Origin: an uncultured Actinomycetes bacterium
Lineage (GTDB): Bacteria; Actinomycetota; Thermoleophilia; UBA2241
Direction of reading: 5' to 3'
Assembly: GCA_963755025.1 (NCBI GenBank)
Contig: CAVWIH010000033.1
Span: forward strand, 1-64,000
Length of the DNA: 64,000 nucleotides
The notes below the pieces were generated by a model, which saw only the letters and a list, made by a program, of their open reading frames with translations, did no database searches and was not told the DNA's origin. This document shows positions 1 to 9,360 of this stretch, piece by piece. Position numbers and translations under genes: made by a program. Position 1 is the first letter of the stretch. Each line of letters begins with the position of its first letter.

Positions 1-1
1 A

Positions 2-42
2 GACGAAAGGGCGAGACGCAACATGCGTCTCGCCCTTTCGTC
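2..42. terminator. 19-bp perfect inverted repeat, probable intrinsic terminator of an upstream gene
   Basis: gacgaaagggcgagacgca-aca-tgcgtctcgccctttcgtc. Confidence 0.7.
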
Positions 43-208
43 GTTCCGGGTTCCCTCTCGAGGCGCGTCGTGTCGTGCCGGGCCCCCTCGCGGCGCTCGC
101 CGCCGTGCAGTATGCTGGGCGCCACACGGGGCGCGACGGCGACCTGCGCGTCGCGACCCACAGGTTCGGTTTCCTTCTTGAGAGTCCAACCCCGGAAGGC
201 GGCAAGCC

Positions 209-1630
209 GTGGCCAGAGCGACGATCAGTTACCTGAGGGACGACGACAAGCAGTTCGTCCACGAAAAGACCCTGCAGGTGCTCTCCGAAGTAGGCGTCGC
301 CTACAACTCCCCCAAGGCCATCGAGCTGCTCGCCGCGGCGGGGGCCAAGGTCGACCGCGAGGCGCTCACCGCGACCCTCACCTGGGACGTCATCGAGCCC
401 GCCCTCAAGACGGTGCCCCAGCAGGTCCTGCTGGCGGGGCGCGACGCCGCCCACGACGTGCTGCTCGGCGGCGAGCGGCTGCTGTGCACGAGCGACGGCA
501 TGACCACCTACTGGTACGACGACCTGAGCGGCGCGCGCCGCCCCGGCACGAGCGACGACCTCGCGCAGATCACGCGCCTCTGCGACGCCCTGCCCGAGAT
601 CGACTACCTGTGGCCCACGTTGCAATGCGGCGAGGTCGACGGCCCCGTCATGCCGCTCGCCATGCAGGCGATCATGGTGCGCAACTCGCTCAAGCACGTG
701 CAGGACGAGGTGCGCACGCCTGAGATGGTGGGCCCCATCCTCGAGATCTACGAGGCCGCCTGCGGGGCGGCGCTCACCGAGCGCCCCTACTTCTCGGTGA
801 CCAACTGCACCATCGCCCCGCTGCAGCACGACAAGGAGATGACCGAGGCCGGCCTCATGCTCTGCCGGCGCGGCGTACCGATCTTCGTGCTGCCCATGCC
901 GCAGGTGGGCACGACTGGGCCGGGCACGGTGTTGAGCGACTGCATCGTCAACATGGCCGAGCTGCTCTCGGGCATCGTCCTGTTCCAGCTCGCCAACCCG
1001 GGCTGCGCGACCATCTCGGGCGTCGGAGCCGGCGTCGCCGACATGCGCACGGGGGGCTATATCGCGGCGGGGCCCGAGGTCGGCCTGATCAACATGATCT
1101 GCATCGAGATGAGCCGCTTTTACGGCTTGCCTACGCAGGCGACCGGCATGTCGTCCGACGCCAAGGCGGCCAACTTTCAGTGCGGTTCCGAGGGCGGCAT
1201 GACGGCGCTCGTCGCCGCGCTGCTCGGCTCCGACTCGCTGATCGCCGCCGGCGGGCTCGACGGCGTGCAGCAGTCGAGCCTGGCGAAGATCGTGCTCGAC
1301 TGCGACCAGATCGGCGCCCTGCGCCGCTACTGCCGCGACGACCCGATCGACGAAGCCCACGCCCTGATCGACGACATCAAGGCCGTGGGGATCGGCGGCC
1401 ACTTCCTGGGGCGCAGGAGCACGCGCAGCTTCGCACGCACCGAAGTGTGGCGGCCCGACGTCTTTCAGCGCGGCACGTTCGAGGAGTTCTGCGACACGCC
1501 GCTGGTCGACCAGGCGGTGGCGCGGGCCCGCGAGGTGCTCGCCGCCTACGAGCCGCCGCCGCTCGCCGACGACGCCGAGCGTCACATCGACGCGGTGATC
1601 GCCGACTACACTGCTGGCCTCAGGGCGTAG
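209..1630 (+). CDS. Trimethylamine methyltransferase (MttB) family protein, non-pyrrolysine, paralog 1
   Basis: 473 aa; N-terminal 'HEKTLQVLSEVGV', 'GTTGPGTV...NMAELLSG', 'SSDAK', 'VGIGGHFL' motifs typical of the MttB/MtgB superfamily; no in-frame TAG. Confidence 0.9.
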   Translation: MARATISYLRDDDKQFVHEKTLQVLSEVGVAYNSPKAIELLAAAGAKVDREALTATLTWDVIEPALKTVPQQVLLAGRDAAHDVLLGGERLLCTSDGMTTYWYDDLSGARRPGTSDDLAQITRLCDALPEIDYLWPTLQCGEVDGPVMPLAMQAIMVRNSLKHVQDEVRTPEMVGPILEIYEAACGAALTERPYFSVTNCTIAPLQHDKEMTEAGLMLCRRGVPIFVLPMPQVGTTGPGTVLSDCIVNMAELLSGIVLFQLANPGCATISGVGAGVADMRTGGYIAAGPEVGLINMICIEMSRFYGLPTQATGMSSDAKAANFQCGSEGGMTALVAALLGSDSLIAAGGLDGVQQSSLAKIVLDCDQIGALRRYCRDDPIDEAHALIDDIKAVGIGGHFLGRRSTRSFARTEVWRPDVFQRGTFEEFCDTPLVDQAVARAREVLAAYEPPPLADDAERHIDAVIADYTAGLRA

Positions 1631-1644
1631 TCGGCAACGCCGAC

Positions 1645-1764
1645 GCGCAGGCCCGCCGCGCACAGTCGCGGCGGCCGCGGGAGCGCGGGAGCGCAGGCGC
1701 CGCGCACGGTCGCGGCGACCGCGGGAGCGCGGGAGCGCAGGCGCCGCGCCCGGTCGCGGCGGCC
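1645..1764. repeat. About 2.7 tandem copies of a 44-46 bp GC-rich unit, each with an internal hairpin
   Basis: Unit gcgcaggcgccgcgcacggtcgcggcgaccgcgggagcgcggga starting at 1645, 1691 and 1735; stem cgccgcg/cgcggcg. Confidence 0.8.
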
Positions 1765-1893
1765 ACGCCGGCCGACGCGGCGGCGACTGCAGGCCGGGAT
1801 ACACGCGGGCGCGTCGCCCGGGGGCGGGCACGCGCCGGCTTTGGAGGGCGCGCGCCTGCGGCGCGCGCAAGTCACGACCGAAGTGGGGGAGAC

Positions 1894-3318
1894 GTGGCGA
1901 AAGCGAGAGTGCGGTACCTCTCAGACGCCGACCAGGAGTTCGTGCACGAACAGACCGTGCGCGTGCTCGAAGAGGTCGGCATAGCCTTCAACACCGACAA
2001 GGCGCTCGACCTGCTCGAGGCGGCGGGCGCTCCGGTCGATCGCCAGGCGCTCACGGCCAGGCTGCCCTGGGAGCTCGTCGAGCGCTGCCTGGCCACCGCG
2101 CCAGGCCGCATCCTGCTCGCCGGGCGCGACCCCAAGCACGACCGCTATCTGGGCGAGGGCGAACCCATCGTCTTTTCGACCGACGGCACGGCCACCTACA
2201 TGTACGACGACCTGACCGGCGAGCGCTGGGAGGGCAGCCAGGCCGACCTGCGAAACGTCATTCGGCTCTTCGAGGGCCTCGACGAGATCGACATGAACTG
2301 GTGCTCGATCTGTCCGCGCGACGTCGACCCGGCCATCTCGGGGCTGCGCATGGCGGCTATCGGCCTCACCGAGAGCGGCAAGCACCTGCAAGACGAGGTG
2401 CGCCGGCCCGAGCAGGTGCCGGCCTTCGTCGAGATGCTCGAGACCTTCGCCGGCGCCTCGCTGCACGAGCGGCCGATCTACTCGGTCACGAACTGCACGA
2501 TCGCGCCCCTGCAGCACGACAAGGAGATGACCGAGGCCGGCATAGAGCTGGCGCGCGCCGGCGTGCCGATCTTCGTGTTCCCCATGCCGCTGATGGGCAC
2601 GACCGGCCCCATGAGCGTGCTCGGCACCTGCATCGTCAACATGGCCGAGCTGCTCAGCGCGGTCGTGCTCTTTCAGCTGGCCGCGCCGGGCTGCTCGCTG
2701 GTGTCGGCGGTCGGCTCGGCGGCCGCCGAGATGCGCAGCGGGCTCTACCTGTGCGGCGCCCCCGAGGTCGGCCTGATCAACATGATCTGCATAGAGATGA
2801 GCCGCCGGTACGGCCTGCCCACCATGGGCAGCGCCGTCTCGACCGACGCCAAGGCCAGCAACCTGCAGGCCGGCGCCGAAGGCATGATGACCGGCCTCGC
2901 CTCGGCCCTGGCGGGCGCCGACTCCATCCTCGCCTACGGGCTGCTCGACGGCGCCCAGGCCGTCAGCCTCGCCAAGACGGTGCTCGACGCCGACACGGTC
3001 GGCGCCATACGGCGCTTCGTGCGCGACGACCCGATCGACGCCTCGACCGCCCTGTTCGACGACATCCGCGACGTCGGCATCGGCGGTCACTATCTCAAGG
3101 CGCGCAGCACCCGGGAGTTCCTGCACAAGGGCGAGCTGTGGAGCCCGGCGGTCTGGCAGCGGGCGCCCTTCGAGGCGTACGCCGGGCGCTCGCTGGTCGC
3201 CGACGCGGCGGCGCGGGCGCGCGAGCTCATCGACGCCAACCTGGCGACGCCGGTCGACGACGCCGTGCTGGCCCGGGTCGAGCAGGTGATCGCCGCGTAC
3301 CGGGCGGTGGCCGTCTGA
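1894..3318 (+). CDS. MttB family methyltransferase, non-pyrrolysine, paralog 2
   Basis: GTG at 1894 after GGGGAG; collinear with paralog 1 (shared 'SVTNCTIAPLQHDKEMTEAG', 'PEVGLINMICIEMSR'); the longer track ORF from 1180 is a spurious N-terminal extension. Confidence 0.9.
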   Translation: MAKARVRYLSDADQEFVHEQTVRVLEEVGIAFNTDKALDLLEAAGAPVDRQALTARLPWELVERCLATAPGRILLAGRDPKHDRYLGEGEPIVFSTDGTATYMYDDLTGERWEGSQADLRNVIRLFEGLDEIDMNWCSICPRDVDPAISGLRMAAIGLTESGKHLQDEVRRPEQVPAFVEMLETFAGASLHERPIYSVTNCTIAPLQHDKEMTEAGIELARAGVPIFVFPMPLMGTTGPMSVLGTCIVNMAELLSAVVLFQLAAPGCSLVSAVGSAAAEMRSGLYLCGAPEVGLINMICIEMSRRYGLPTMGSAVSTDAKASNLQAGAEGMMTGLASALAGADSILAYGLLDGAQAVSLAKTVLDADTVGAIRRFVRDDPIDASTALFDDIRDVGIGGHYLKARSTREFLHKGELWSPAVWQRAPFEAYAGRSLVADAAARARELIDANLATPVDDAVLARVEQVIAAYRAVAV

Positions 3319-3459
3319 ACGAGCCCGGGGACAACGAAGGGGTGCGCGAGGCCGCGACCAGCGACGTCGGCGCGTGCGTGGCAAAGGACGGCACGCGCGC
3401 GGCCACGAACAGCGCGCGCGTGGCACGGACGGCGCGCCGCGGCGACCGAGGGAGCGACC

Positions 3460-4129
3460 GTGGCTGAGCGGGCGGTCGTCGTCGAGCTCGGTCGTGGCCG
3501 CTCGGGCGAGCTCGTGCTGCTGCGCCGCGGCGACGAGCTGCAGCTGGTCTGCGACGGCGCCTTCGTGATCGCGAGCTGCAACGAGCGCTCGAGCCGCGCC
3601 TTGGTGGCGGCGGCGCGGCCGTTCCTGCCGGAGGGGCCGCTCGACGTGCTGATCGGCGGCCTGGGCATGGGGTATGCGCTTAGACGAGGCGCTCGACCTG
3701 CCCGGCCTGCGCAGCGTGACTGTGGCCGAGTACGAGCCGCTCATCGTGGAGTGGTTCGCGACGCACATGCGCGAGCGGGCGTCGCGCGCCGAGCGCGACG
3801 CCCGCTCGCGCATCGTCGTCGCCGACGTCGCCGACCTGTTGCCCGGCGGCCCGCGCTACGACCTCATCGCCCTCGACACCGACAACGGCCCGCAGTGGCT
3901 GCTCAGGGCCGACAACGCCCGGCTCTACGAGGCCGGCGGCCTGCGTCAGGTGGCCGCCGCCGTGCGTCGATCGGGCGTCGTCGTGTTCTGGTCGCCCGAG
4001 CGGTACGCCGAGTTCGAAGCCGTGCTTGCCGAGTCGTTCGGCGACGTGCGGGCAAGCCCGGTGAGCGACGTCGTCGACGGCCGCACCCTCGACTACACGA
4101 TGTACGTGTGCCGCACGCCGCGGGCCTGA
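3460..4129 (+). CDS. Spermidine-synthase-like class I SAM-binding protein (one frameshift near 3680)
   Basis: 'VLIGGLGMGYAL' in ORF 3460 continues as 'DEALDLP...VAEYEP...DLIALDTDNGP' in ORF 3674; extra T in gcgcttagacgag. Confidence 0.75.
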
Positions 4130-4310
4130 GGCGGCCGCTCGCGGCCCGGCCGTCGGCGTCGGCCGGTCTGCGGGCGGCCGCGGCGCCCGCTCGCGCCGGG
4201 CAGCCGCAGCGCTCCCTGTGTGCTTTGGTGTGACGCTTGCAGCGTTGCAGGGCATGGAGTGCGTGTGTAGGGTTGCCCGCACAGGCCCGCACCTGAAAGG
4301 ACCGACGCCC

Positions 4311-4508
4311 GTGGCACTGACCTGGGACCAGCCCGACGACATCGCCTTTGCGCTCATCGACGAGCATCCCGACGCCGACCCGCTCGACTTGAACTTCGTC
4401 GAGCTGCACGAGTGGATCGTGGCGCTCCCCGGCTTCGACGACGACCCCGAGGAATCGACCGAAGGCAAGCTCGAGGCTATCGTACTGGCGTGGCATGACC
4501 AGCTCTGA
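4311..4508 (+). CDS. iscX: Fe-S cluster assembly protein IscX (YfhJ)
   Basis: 65-aa acidic protein 'LTWDQPDDIAFALIDEHPDADPLDLNFVELHEWIVALPGFDDDPEESTEGKLEAIVLAW' matches the IscX pattern; AAGGA RBS before GTG. Confidence 0.9.
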   Translation: MALTWDQPDDIAFALIDEHPDADPLDLNFVELHEWIVALPGFDDDPEESTEGKLEAIVLAWHDQL

Positions 4509-5131
4509 GCGCACCATCGGGCTGTTTCCGCTGCCGCTCGTGCTGCTGCCCGGCGAGATCCTGCCGCTGCACATCTTCGAGGAGCGCTACAAGGCGCTGA
4601 TCGCCGCATGCCGCGCGAGCGGCGACGTCTTCGGCATCGTGCTGCACGACGACGACACCCTTGCGGGCCAGGGTTGCACGGCGGCGATCGACGACGTCAT
4701 CGACGAGCTCGACGACGGCCGCCTCAACATCATCGTCACGGGCCGCGAGCGCTTCACCGTGGGCGAGCTCCTCGCCCCCGACGACCCCGAGTCCGACTAC
4801 CTGCGCGGCCAGGTCGAGCTCTTCGACGACATCGACCTGGCCGTGGCGCCGCAGCAGTTCGCCGCCGCCTTGGCCAAGGACCTCTTCCGCACGCATGGTG
4901 CGGCTCATGGGCGTCGACGACCCGCGCGTGCCCGACGGCGCGAGTCCGCTGTCGTTCCGGCTGGCGGTGGCCGTCGACTTTGGCCAGCCGCTCAAGCAGC
5001 GCCTGCTCGAATCGCGCTCCGAGACCGAGCGGCTCGACCTGCTGATCGCCGTCATGAAGGCCCTCATTCCCGGGCTCGAGCTGCGCAAGGAGCGCGAGCA
5101 GGCGATCGGCGGCAACGGCAAGGGATACTAG
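4495..5131 (+). CDS. Lon protease N-terminal substrate-binding domain protein (frameshift near 4890)
   Basis: 'LFPLPLVLLPGEILPLHIFEERYKALI', 'DDGRLNIIVTGRERF'; C-terminal part 'LKQRLLESRSETERL' in another frame. Confidence 0.85.
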
Positions 5132-5206
5132 ACGCGGCGGGGTCGGACCGCTGCTGGGAGCGACGCTCGGCTTGGGCGCCCGGCCGCGACGTTCGGCCGC
5201 GACGCC

Positions 5207-6181
5207 TCAGGGCACCAGCACGATCTTGCCGAAGTGGTGCGCGGCGAGCAGCTCGTGCGCCTCGCGTGCCTGCGACAGAGGCAGCACGGCGCCCACCACG
5301 GGGCGCACCACGCCCTGTTCGACCAGGCTCACGACCTCGCGCAGGGTCTCGGCCACGCCGGCGCGGCCGGCGTTGCTCGAGCTGGCAAAGAGCACCGTGG
5401 CGTCGACCGCGATCGCCGGGCCGCTGGGGATGGTGACCGTGGGCTGCGGGCCGCCGCCGATGCCCACGATGCGGCCGCCCTTGACGATCATGCCGAAGTC
5501 GGCGGCCAGGTTGGCGGAGATGACGAGCTCGATGATGACGTCGACGCCCTTGCCGTCGGTCAGGCGCTTGACCTCGGCCGGCACGTCGGCGGTGTGGCGG
5601 TCGATGGTGGCGTCGGCGCCGAGCTCGCGCACGCGCTCGCCGTCGGCCGCGCTGTCGACCGTGGCCAGCACGCGGGCGCCGCGGGCGTGGGCCAGCTGCA
5701 CCGCGGCGCTGCCCACGCCACCCCCGGCGCCCTGCACCAGCACAGTCTCGCCGGCCGCCAGGGCGGCGCGTCGCACGAGGCCGTACCAGGCGGTCGAGAA
5801 GGCCAGGCCCAGGCCGGCCGCTTCTTCGAAGCTCACGTTGGCGGGCTTGTGCACGGCCTGCACCGCGGCGATCAACGCGTACTCGGCGTAGCTGCCCTCG
5901 CTGCCTATGCCGAGCCCGGTGAAGAAGACCTCGTCGCCCGGGGCCACGCCGGCCGCGTCGGGGCCGACGGCCGTGACCACGCCGGCGCCGTCGGAGCCGA
6001 GCGTCTTGGGCGGCTGCTTGGGCGTGGGGAAGGCGTTGCTGCGCACGGCCACGTCGACCGGGTTGACGGCCGCGGCCTTTATGCGCACCAGCGCCTGTCC
6101 GGGACCGGGCTCCGGCGTGGCGACGTCTTCGTAGACCAGCACCTCGGGACCACCGTGTTCGTGTATGCGCACTGCCTTCAT
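5207..6181 (-). CDS. NADPH:quinone reductase / MDR-family oxidoreductase
   Basis: 'MKAVRIHEHGGPEVL', 'VNPVD', 'GAGGGVGSAAVQLA', 'HFGKIVL'. Confidence 0.9.
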   Translation of the reverse strand: MKAVRIHEHGGPEVLVYEDVATPEPGPGQALVRIKAAAVNPVDVAVRSNAFPTPKQPPKTLGSDGAGVVTAVGPDAAGVAPGDEVFFTGLGIGSEGSYAEYALIAAVQAVHKPANVSFEEAAGLGLAFSTAWYGLVRRAALAAGETVLVQGAGGGVGSAAVQLAHARGARVLATVDSAADGERVRELGADATIDRHTADVPAEVKRLTDGKGVDVIIELVISANLAADFGMIVKGGRIVGIGGGPQPTVTIPSGPAIAVDATVLFASSSNAGRAGVAETLREVVSLVEQGVVRPVVGAVLPLSQAREAHELLAAHHFGKIVLVP

Positions 6182-6246
6182 GGACGTTGCCGCTCCCTCC
6201 GCGTCGTGCCGCACTGCCGGTCGCCGGGGTCATTCCCAGCGCCGCA

Positions 6247-7218
6247 TCATCTCACGCTCGGGCGTGCGGCGCGCGTGCGCGCCGCGCGTGCGACGAACCA
6301 GGCGGCCGCAGCGAGCACCGCGAGGAGCACGGCGAAGGGCAGCACGGCGCCGATCCCCACGACGATCGCCTCGAAGCCCGAGACCAGACGCCGCCACGAA
6401 GTCGACAGCGCGCCGAGAAAGCCGTGGCGATGGGCCGTAGCGTGTTGCGCGGCGCGCTCGCTCACGGAGACGGTCAGCGTGCTGTACGAGACCTGCTCGC
6501 GCAGGGCCTTGATCTGGCCGGTGAGCTCCTCGACCTTGAGCTCGGTCGAGTCGATGCGGCTCTGCACGGCGAGCGCTTCGCTGACCGTGGTGGTGCGGGC
6601 GAGAAAGCCGAGCAGGCGCTGGTCGACGCGCCTTGCCTGGACGAGCCGCGCGCTCAAGTCGACGTACTGGCTGGTGACATCGGTCGCGCTGGTCTGCACA
6701 CCCTGCACGCGGCCCAGTGTGCTGAAGCGCTGGATGGCCAGGTCGTACTGGGCGGCGGGTACGCGGACCGTGAGGTCGGCGAACGGGGCTGAGGCGCCGT
6801 CGGCGCCCGATACCTGGCTCGTCAGCACGTAGCCGCCGTAGCCGCTCGTGAGCGCGACGATGTGAGCGGCCGCCTGCGGCACGCCGCCTTTGGCCACGAT
6901 CAGGGACATCTCACCGGTGCGCACGAGAAAGCGGTGGGCGTCGAGTGGCGAGACGTCGCTGGCGATCGGCGGCGAGGTCGCGGGCGTGGCTATCGCGGCG
7001 CCCGCCGCATAGGCGCCCGACGCCGACCCGGCGGCGCCGCCAGCGGCGGCGCCGCGCACGGTGCCCGTCGAGTTCTCCGGTAAGCCGACCGTCGAGGAGC
7101 CGCTCGAGCCGCTCAAACCGCTCTGCGAAAGGTACAGGGCGGCGGCGGCGACCAGCACGAGCGCCGCCGCGACTGCCCCCGCGATGACGAACCGGCGATG
7201 ACGCAGTAGGAACGGCAT
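6247..7218 (-). CDS. DUF4349-domain membrane-anchored protein
   Basis: N-terminal TM; 'LTVRVPA', 'DVTSQYVDLSARL', 'VSYSTLTV'; C-terminal TM. Confidence 0.8.
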   Translation of the reverse strand: MPFLLRHRRFVIAGAVAAALVLVAAAALYLSQSGLSGSSGSSTVGLPENSTGTVRGAAAGGAAGSASGAYAAGAAIATPATSPPIASDVSPLDAHRFLVRTGEMSLIVAKGGVPQAAAHIVALTSGYGGYVLTSQVSGADGASAPFADLTVRVPAAQYDLAIQRFSTLGRVQGVQTSATDVTSQYVDLSARLVQARRVDQRLLGFLARTTTVSEALAVQSRIDSTELKVEELTGQIKALREQVSYSTLTVSVSERAAQHATAHRHGFLGALSTSWRRLVSGFEAIVVGIGAVLPFAVLLAVLAAAAWFVARAARTRAARPSVR

Positions 7219-7261
7219 GTCTTCTCCCTTGGTCGCGTTGCTCTCAGGCACGTCGCAGGGG

Positions 7262-7288
7262 AGACGCGCGCAACGGGGAGGATGGTTC
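7262..7288 (-). promoter_or_regulatory. Possible ECF-sigma promoter for the DUF4349 gene
   Basis: Minus strand GAACC-N17-CGTCT about 45 nt upstream of the start codon. Confidence 0.35.
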
Positions 7289-7335
7289 GCGCGCGCGGCC
7301 TAAAGCAAGCGCGCCGCCCGGGCGATACAGGGGAC

Positions 7336-8181
7336 ATGCTCCCCGTTTACAGTCACGAGGCCAAGACGCACAAGTGGCCTCACGCGACCGTGGCACTGAT
7401 CGGCATCAACGTGCTCGTCTTTCTGTTCGAGCTGTCGGTCGGCGTGCGCTTCGTGCCGTTCCTGCAGGAGTGGGGGCTGGTGCCTGCGCGCGTGAACGCC
7501 GAGGTCACCACCCACAACGTGCTCACCCTGGTGACGGCCATGTTCCTGCACGTGGGCTGGATCCACCTGATCGGCAACATGTGGTTCCTCTTCGTCTTCG
7601 GCGACGCCGTCGAAGACGCCTTCGGCTGGCGCTGGTTCGTGGCCATTTACCTGCTGTCCGGCTTCTTCGCCAACATCGCTTTCATGGTCGCCACCTCCGG
7701 GTCGTCGCTGCCCGCGGTCGGCGCCAGCGGGGCGATCGCCGGCGTCATGGGCGCCAGCCTCGTGCTCTGGCCTACGGCGCGGCTGAAGATCTCCACGATC
7801 CTGCTGTTCGTGTGGATCTTCTACGTGGTCTACGAGGTGATGGTGCTGCTCGGCACGCCGTCGATCCTGCTGGGCGGTTCGGTGCTGTTCGTGCTGTCGA
7901 GCCTGGCCACGCTCGTGTGGTATGCCGTCACGCGAGCGCGCAAGACGGGGCAGAACGTCGCCTACACCCTGCTGGTCGCGGTGAGCCTGCCCGCCTGGGT
8001 GGTGCTCGGCCTCTTCTTTTTGACCAACCTGTGGAGCGGCGCGCTGTCGGTGGTGAGCCCCGCCTACGGCGGCGCCGTGGGCTGGTGGGCGCACATCGGC
8101 GGCTTTGCCGCCGGCGCCGTCTTCGCCAAGCTGTTCCCCAAGCAACCGATCGTGCTGCGCAAGCGCGCCGCGCTCGACTAG
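7336..8181 (+). CDS. Rhomboid family intramembrane serine protease
   Basis: 'MFLHVGWIHLIGNMWFL', catalytic 'GASG' and 'WAHIGG'. Confidence 0.92.
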   Translation: MLPVYSHEAKTHKWPHATVALIGINVLVFLFELSVGVRFVPFLQEWGLVPARVNAEVTTHNVLTLVTAMFLHVGWIHLIGNMWFLFVFGDAVEDAFGWRWFVAIYLLSGFFANIAFMVATSGSSLPAVGASGAIAGVMGASLVLWPTARLKISTILLFVWIFYVVYEVMVLLGTPSILLGGSVLFVLSSLATLVWYAVTRARKTGQNVAYTLLVAVSLPAWVVLGLFFLTNLWSGALSVVSPAYGGAVGWWAHIGGFAAGAVFAKLFPKQPIVLRKRAALD

Positions 8182-8215
8182 CCGTGAGGGCGAGCAACGA
8201 CACCGGAGGGCGACG

Positions 8216-9226
8216 ATGGCGCGGCTGCTGAGCTGCCCCCACTGTCGCGCCCAGTTCACCTTCGACGACTGGGCCAGAGGCACGTCGTGTCCGGCCTGCG
8301 CCAAGCCGCTGAGCTTCTTCGAAGCGAGCAGCCAGGCAGCGCCGGTCGTGCCCGCGAGCCCAGCCGCCGCCCCGGCCGACCAGTGGACGTGGACGGCTCC
8401 CGACGACGCCGGCGTAGTTGCCGCCGAGCTGCCCGGAGCCGCCGCGCCGCCCGGAGCCGCTGTGCGGCTCGCCGCCGCGCAGCCCGCGGTCGCCGCGCCG
8501 CCGGTCGCCGCGCCGCTCGCGGTCGCCGCGTCGCCCGCGGTCGCCGGGCCGCTGGCCGCCGAGCCGCCGGCCGCCGAGGCGCAACCTGCAGCCGCCGCGC
8601 CGCCGGCTGCCGCGCCGCCCGCCGCCGACGAGCCCTCGACCGCTCCGCCTGCTGCCGTCGTGTTCGGGCCCTCAGCGACCTTTGCCGGAGACGCGCCGCC
8701 GCGTCGCGCCTACACCATCGGCGGCAAAGCTCTCGAGTGGAACGCCGCCTGGACGGTCATCGTCGTCATTTGGGCGCTGGTCGCCGTGGGCCTTGTGGCG
8801 ACGCGCGTCGAGATGGGCGACATCACCGTGATGACGCCCGCCGAGACCGCGGCCATCGCCGCGGTGCGTCAGATCAAGCTGCCCACCGGCGCGTCGACCG
8901 AGGCGGTGCTGCGCTACGCGGCCACCCACGACCTGAACATCGAGGGCCACGTCGCCAAGATCTCGCCGGGCGGCACGCAGATGTGGTACGCCTTCGACCG
9001 GCCCTGGGAGCACCGCATCTACGTGTACTCGCAGCTGCCGGGCACGAGCATGGTGGGCAAGGGCGCCGTGCTGTCGTGGACCTTCTCTGACGGGGTGGCT
9101 AAGGCCAACGCCGCCACCAGGGCGGCGCTGACCAAGACCGCCCAGACGATGGCGCACCCGCCGTCGTCGAAGTCGGTGCCGGCGATCCCGGGGATCATCC
9201 CCTCGCTGCCGGCCGACTTGCAGTAG
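8216..9226 (+). CDS. Hypothetical membrane protein: N-terminal Zn ribbon, Pro/Ala-rich linker, one TM, C-terminal domain
   Basis: GGAGG RBS; CPHC...CPAC; TM 'WTVIVVIWALVAVGLVA'. Confidence 0.7.
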   Translation: MARLLSCPHCRAQFTFDDWARGTSCPACAKPLSFFEASSQAAPVVPASPAAAPADQWTWTAPDDAGVVAAELPGAAAPPGAAVRLAAAQPAVAAPPVAAPLAVAASPAVAGPLAAEPPAAEAQPAAAAPPAAAPPAADEPSTAPPAAVVFGPSATFAGDAPPRRAYTIGGKALEWNAAWTVIVVIWALVAVGLVATRVEMGDITVMTPAETAAIAAVRQIKLPTGASTEAVLRYAATHDLNIEGHVAKISPGGTQMWYAFDRPWEHRIYVYSQLPGTSMVGKGAVLSWTFSDGVAKANAATRAALTKTAQTMAHPPSSKSVPAIPGIIPSLPADLQ

Positions 9227-9246
9227 AGGAGCGGGGGGCGCTGCGC

Positions 9247-9360
9247 GTCGGGGCGCTTCGTCGGGCGGCGGAAAGCCGCGGCGCGTCAGGGCGCTTCGTC
9301 GGGCGGCGCAACGCCGCGGCGCGTCAGGGCGCTTCGTCGGGTGGCGCAAAGCCGCGGCGC
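9247..9360. repeat. 3 x 38-bp tandem repeat copying the 3' end and stop codon of putA
   Basis: Units at 9247, 9285 and 9323, consensus gtcagggcgcttcgtcgggcggcgcaaagccgcggcgc. Confidence 0.9.
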
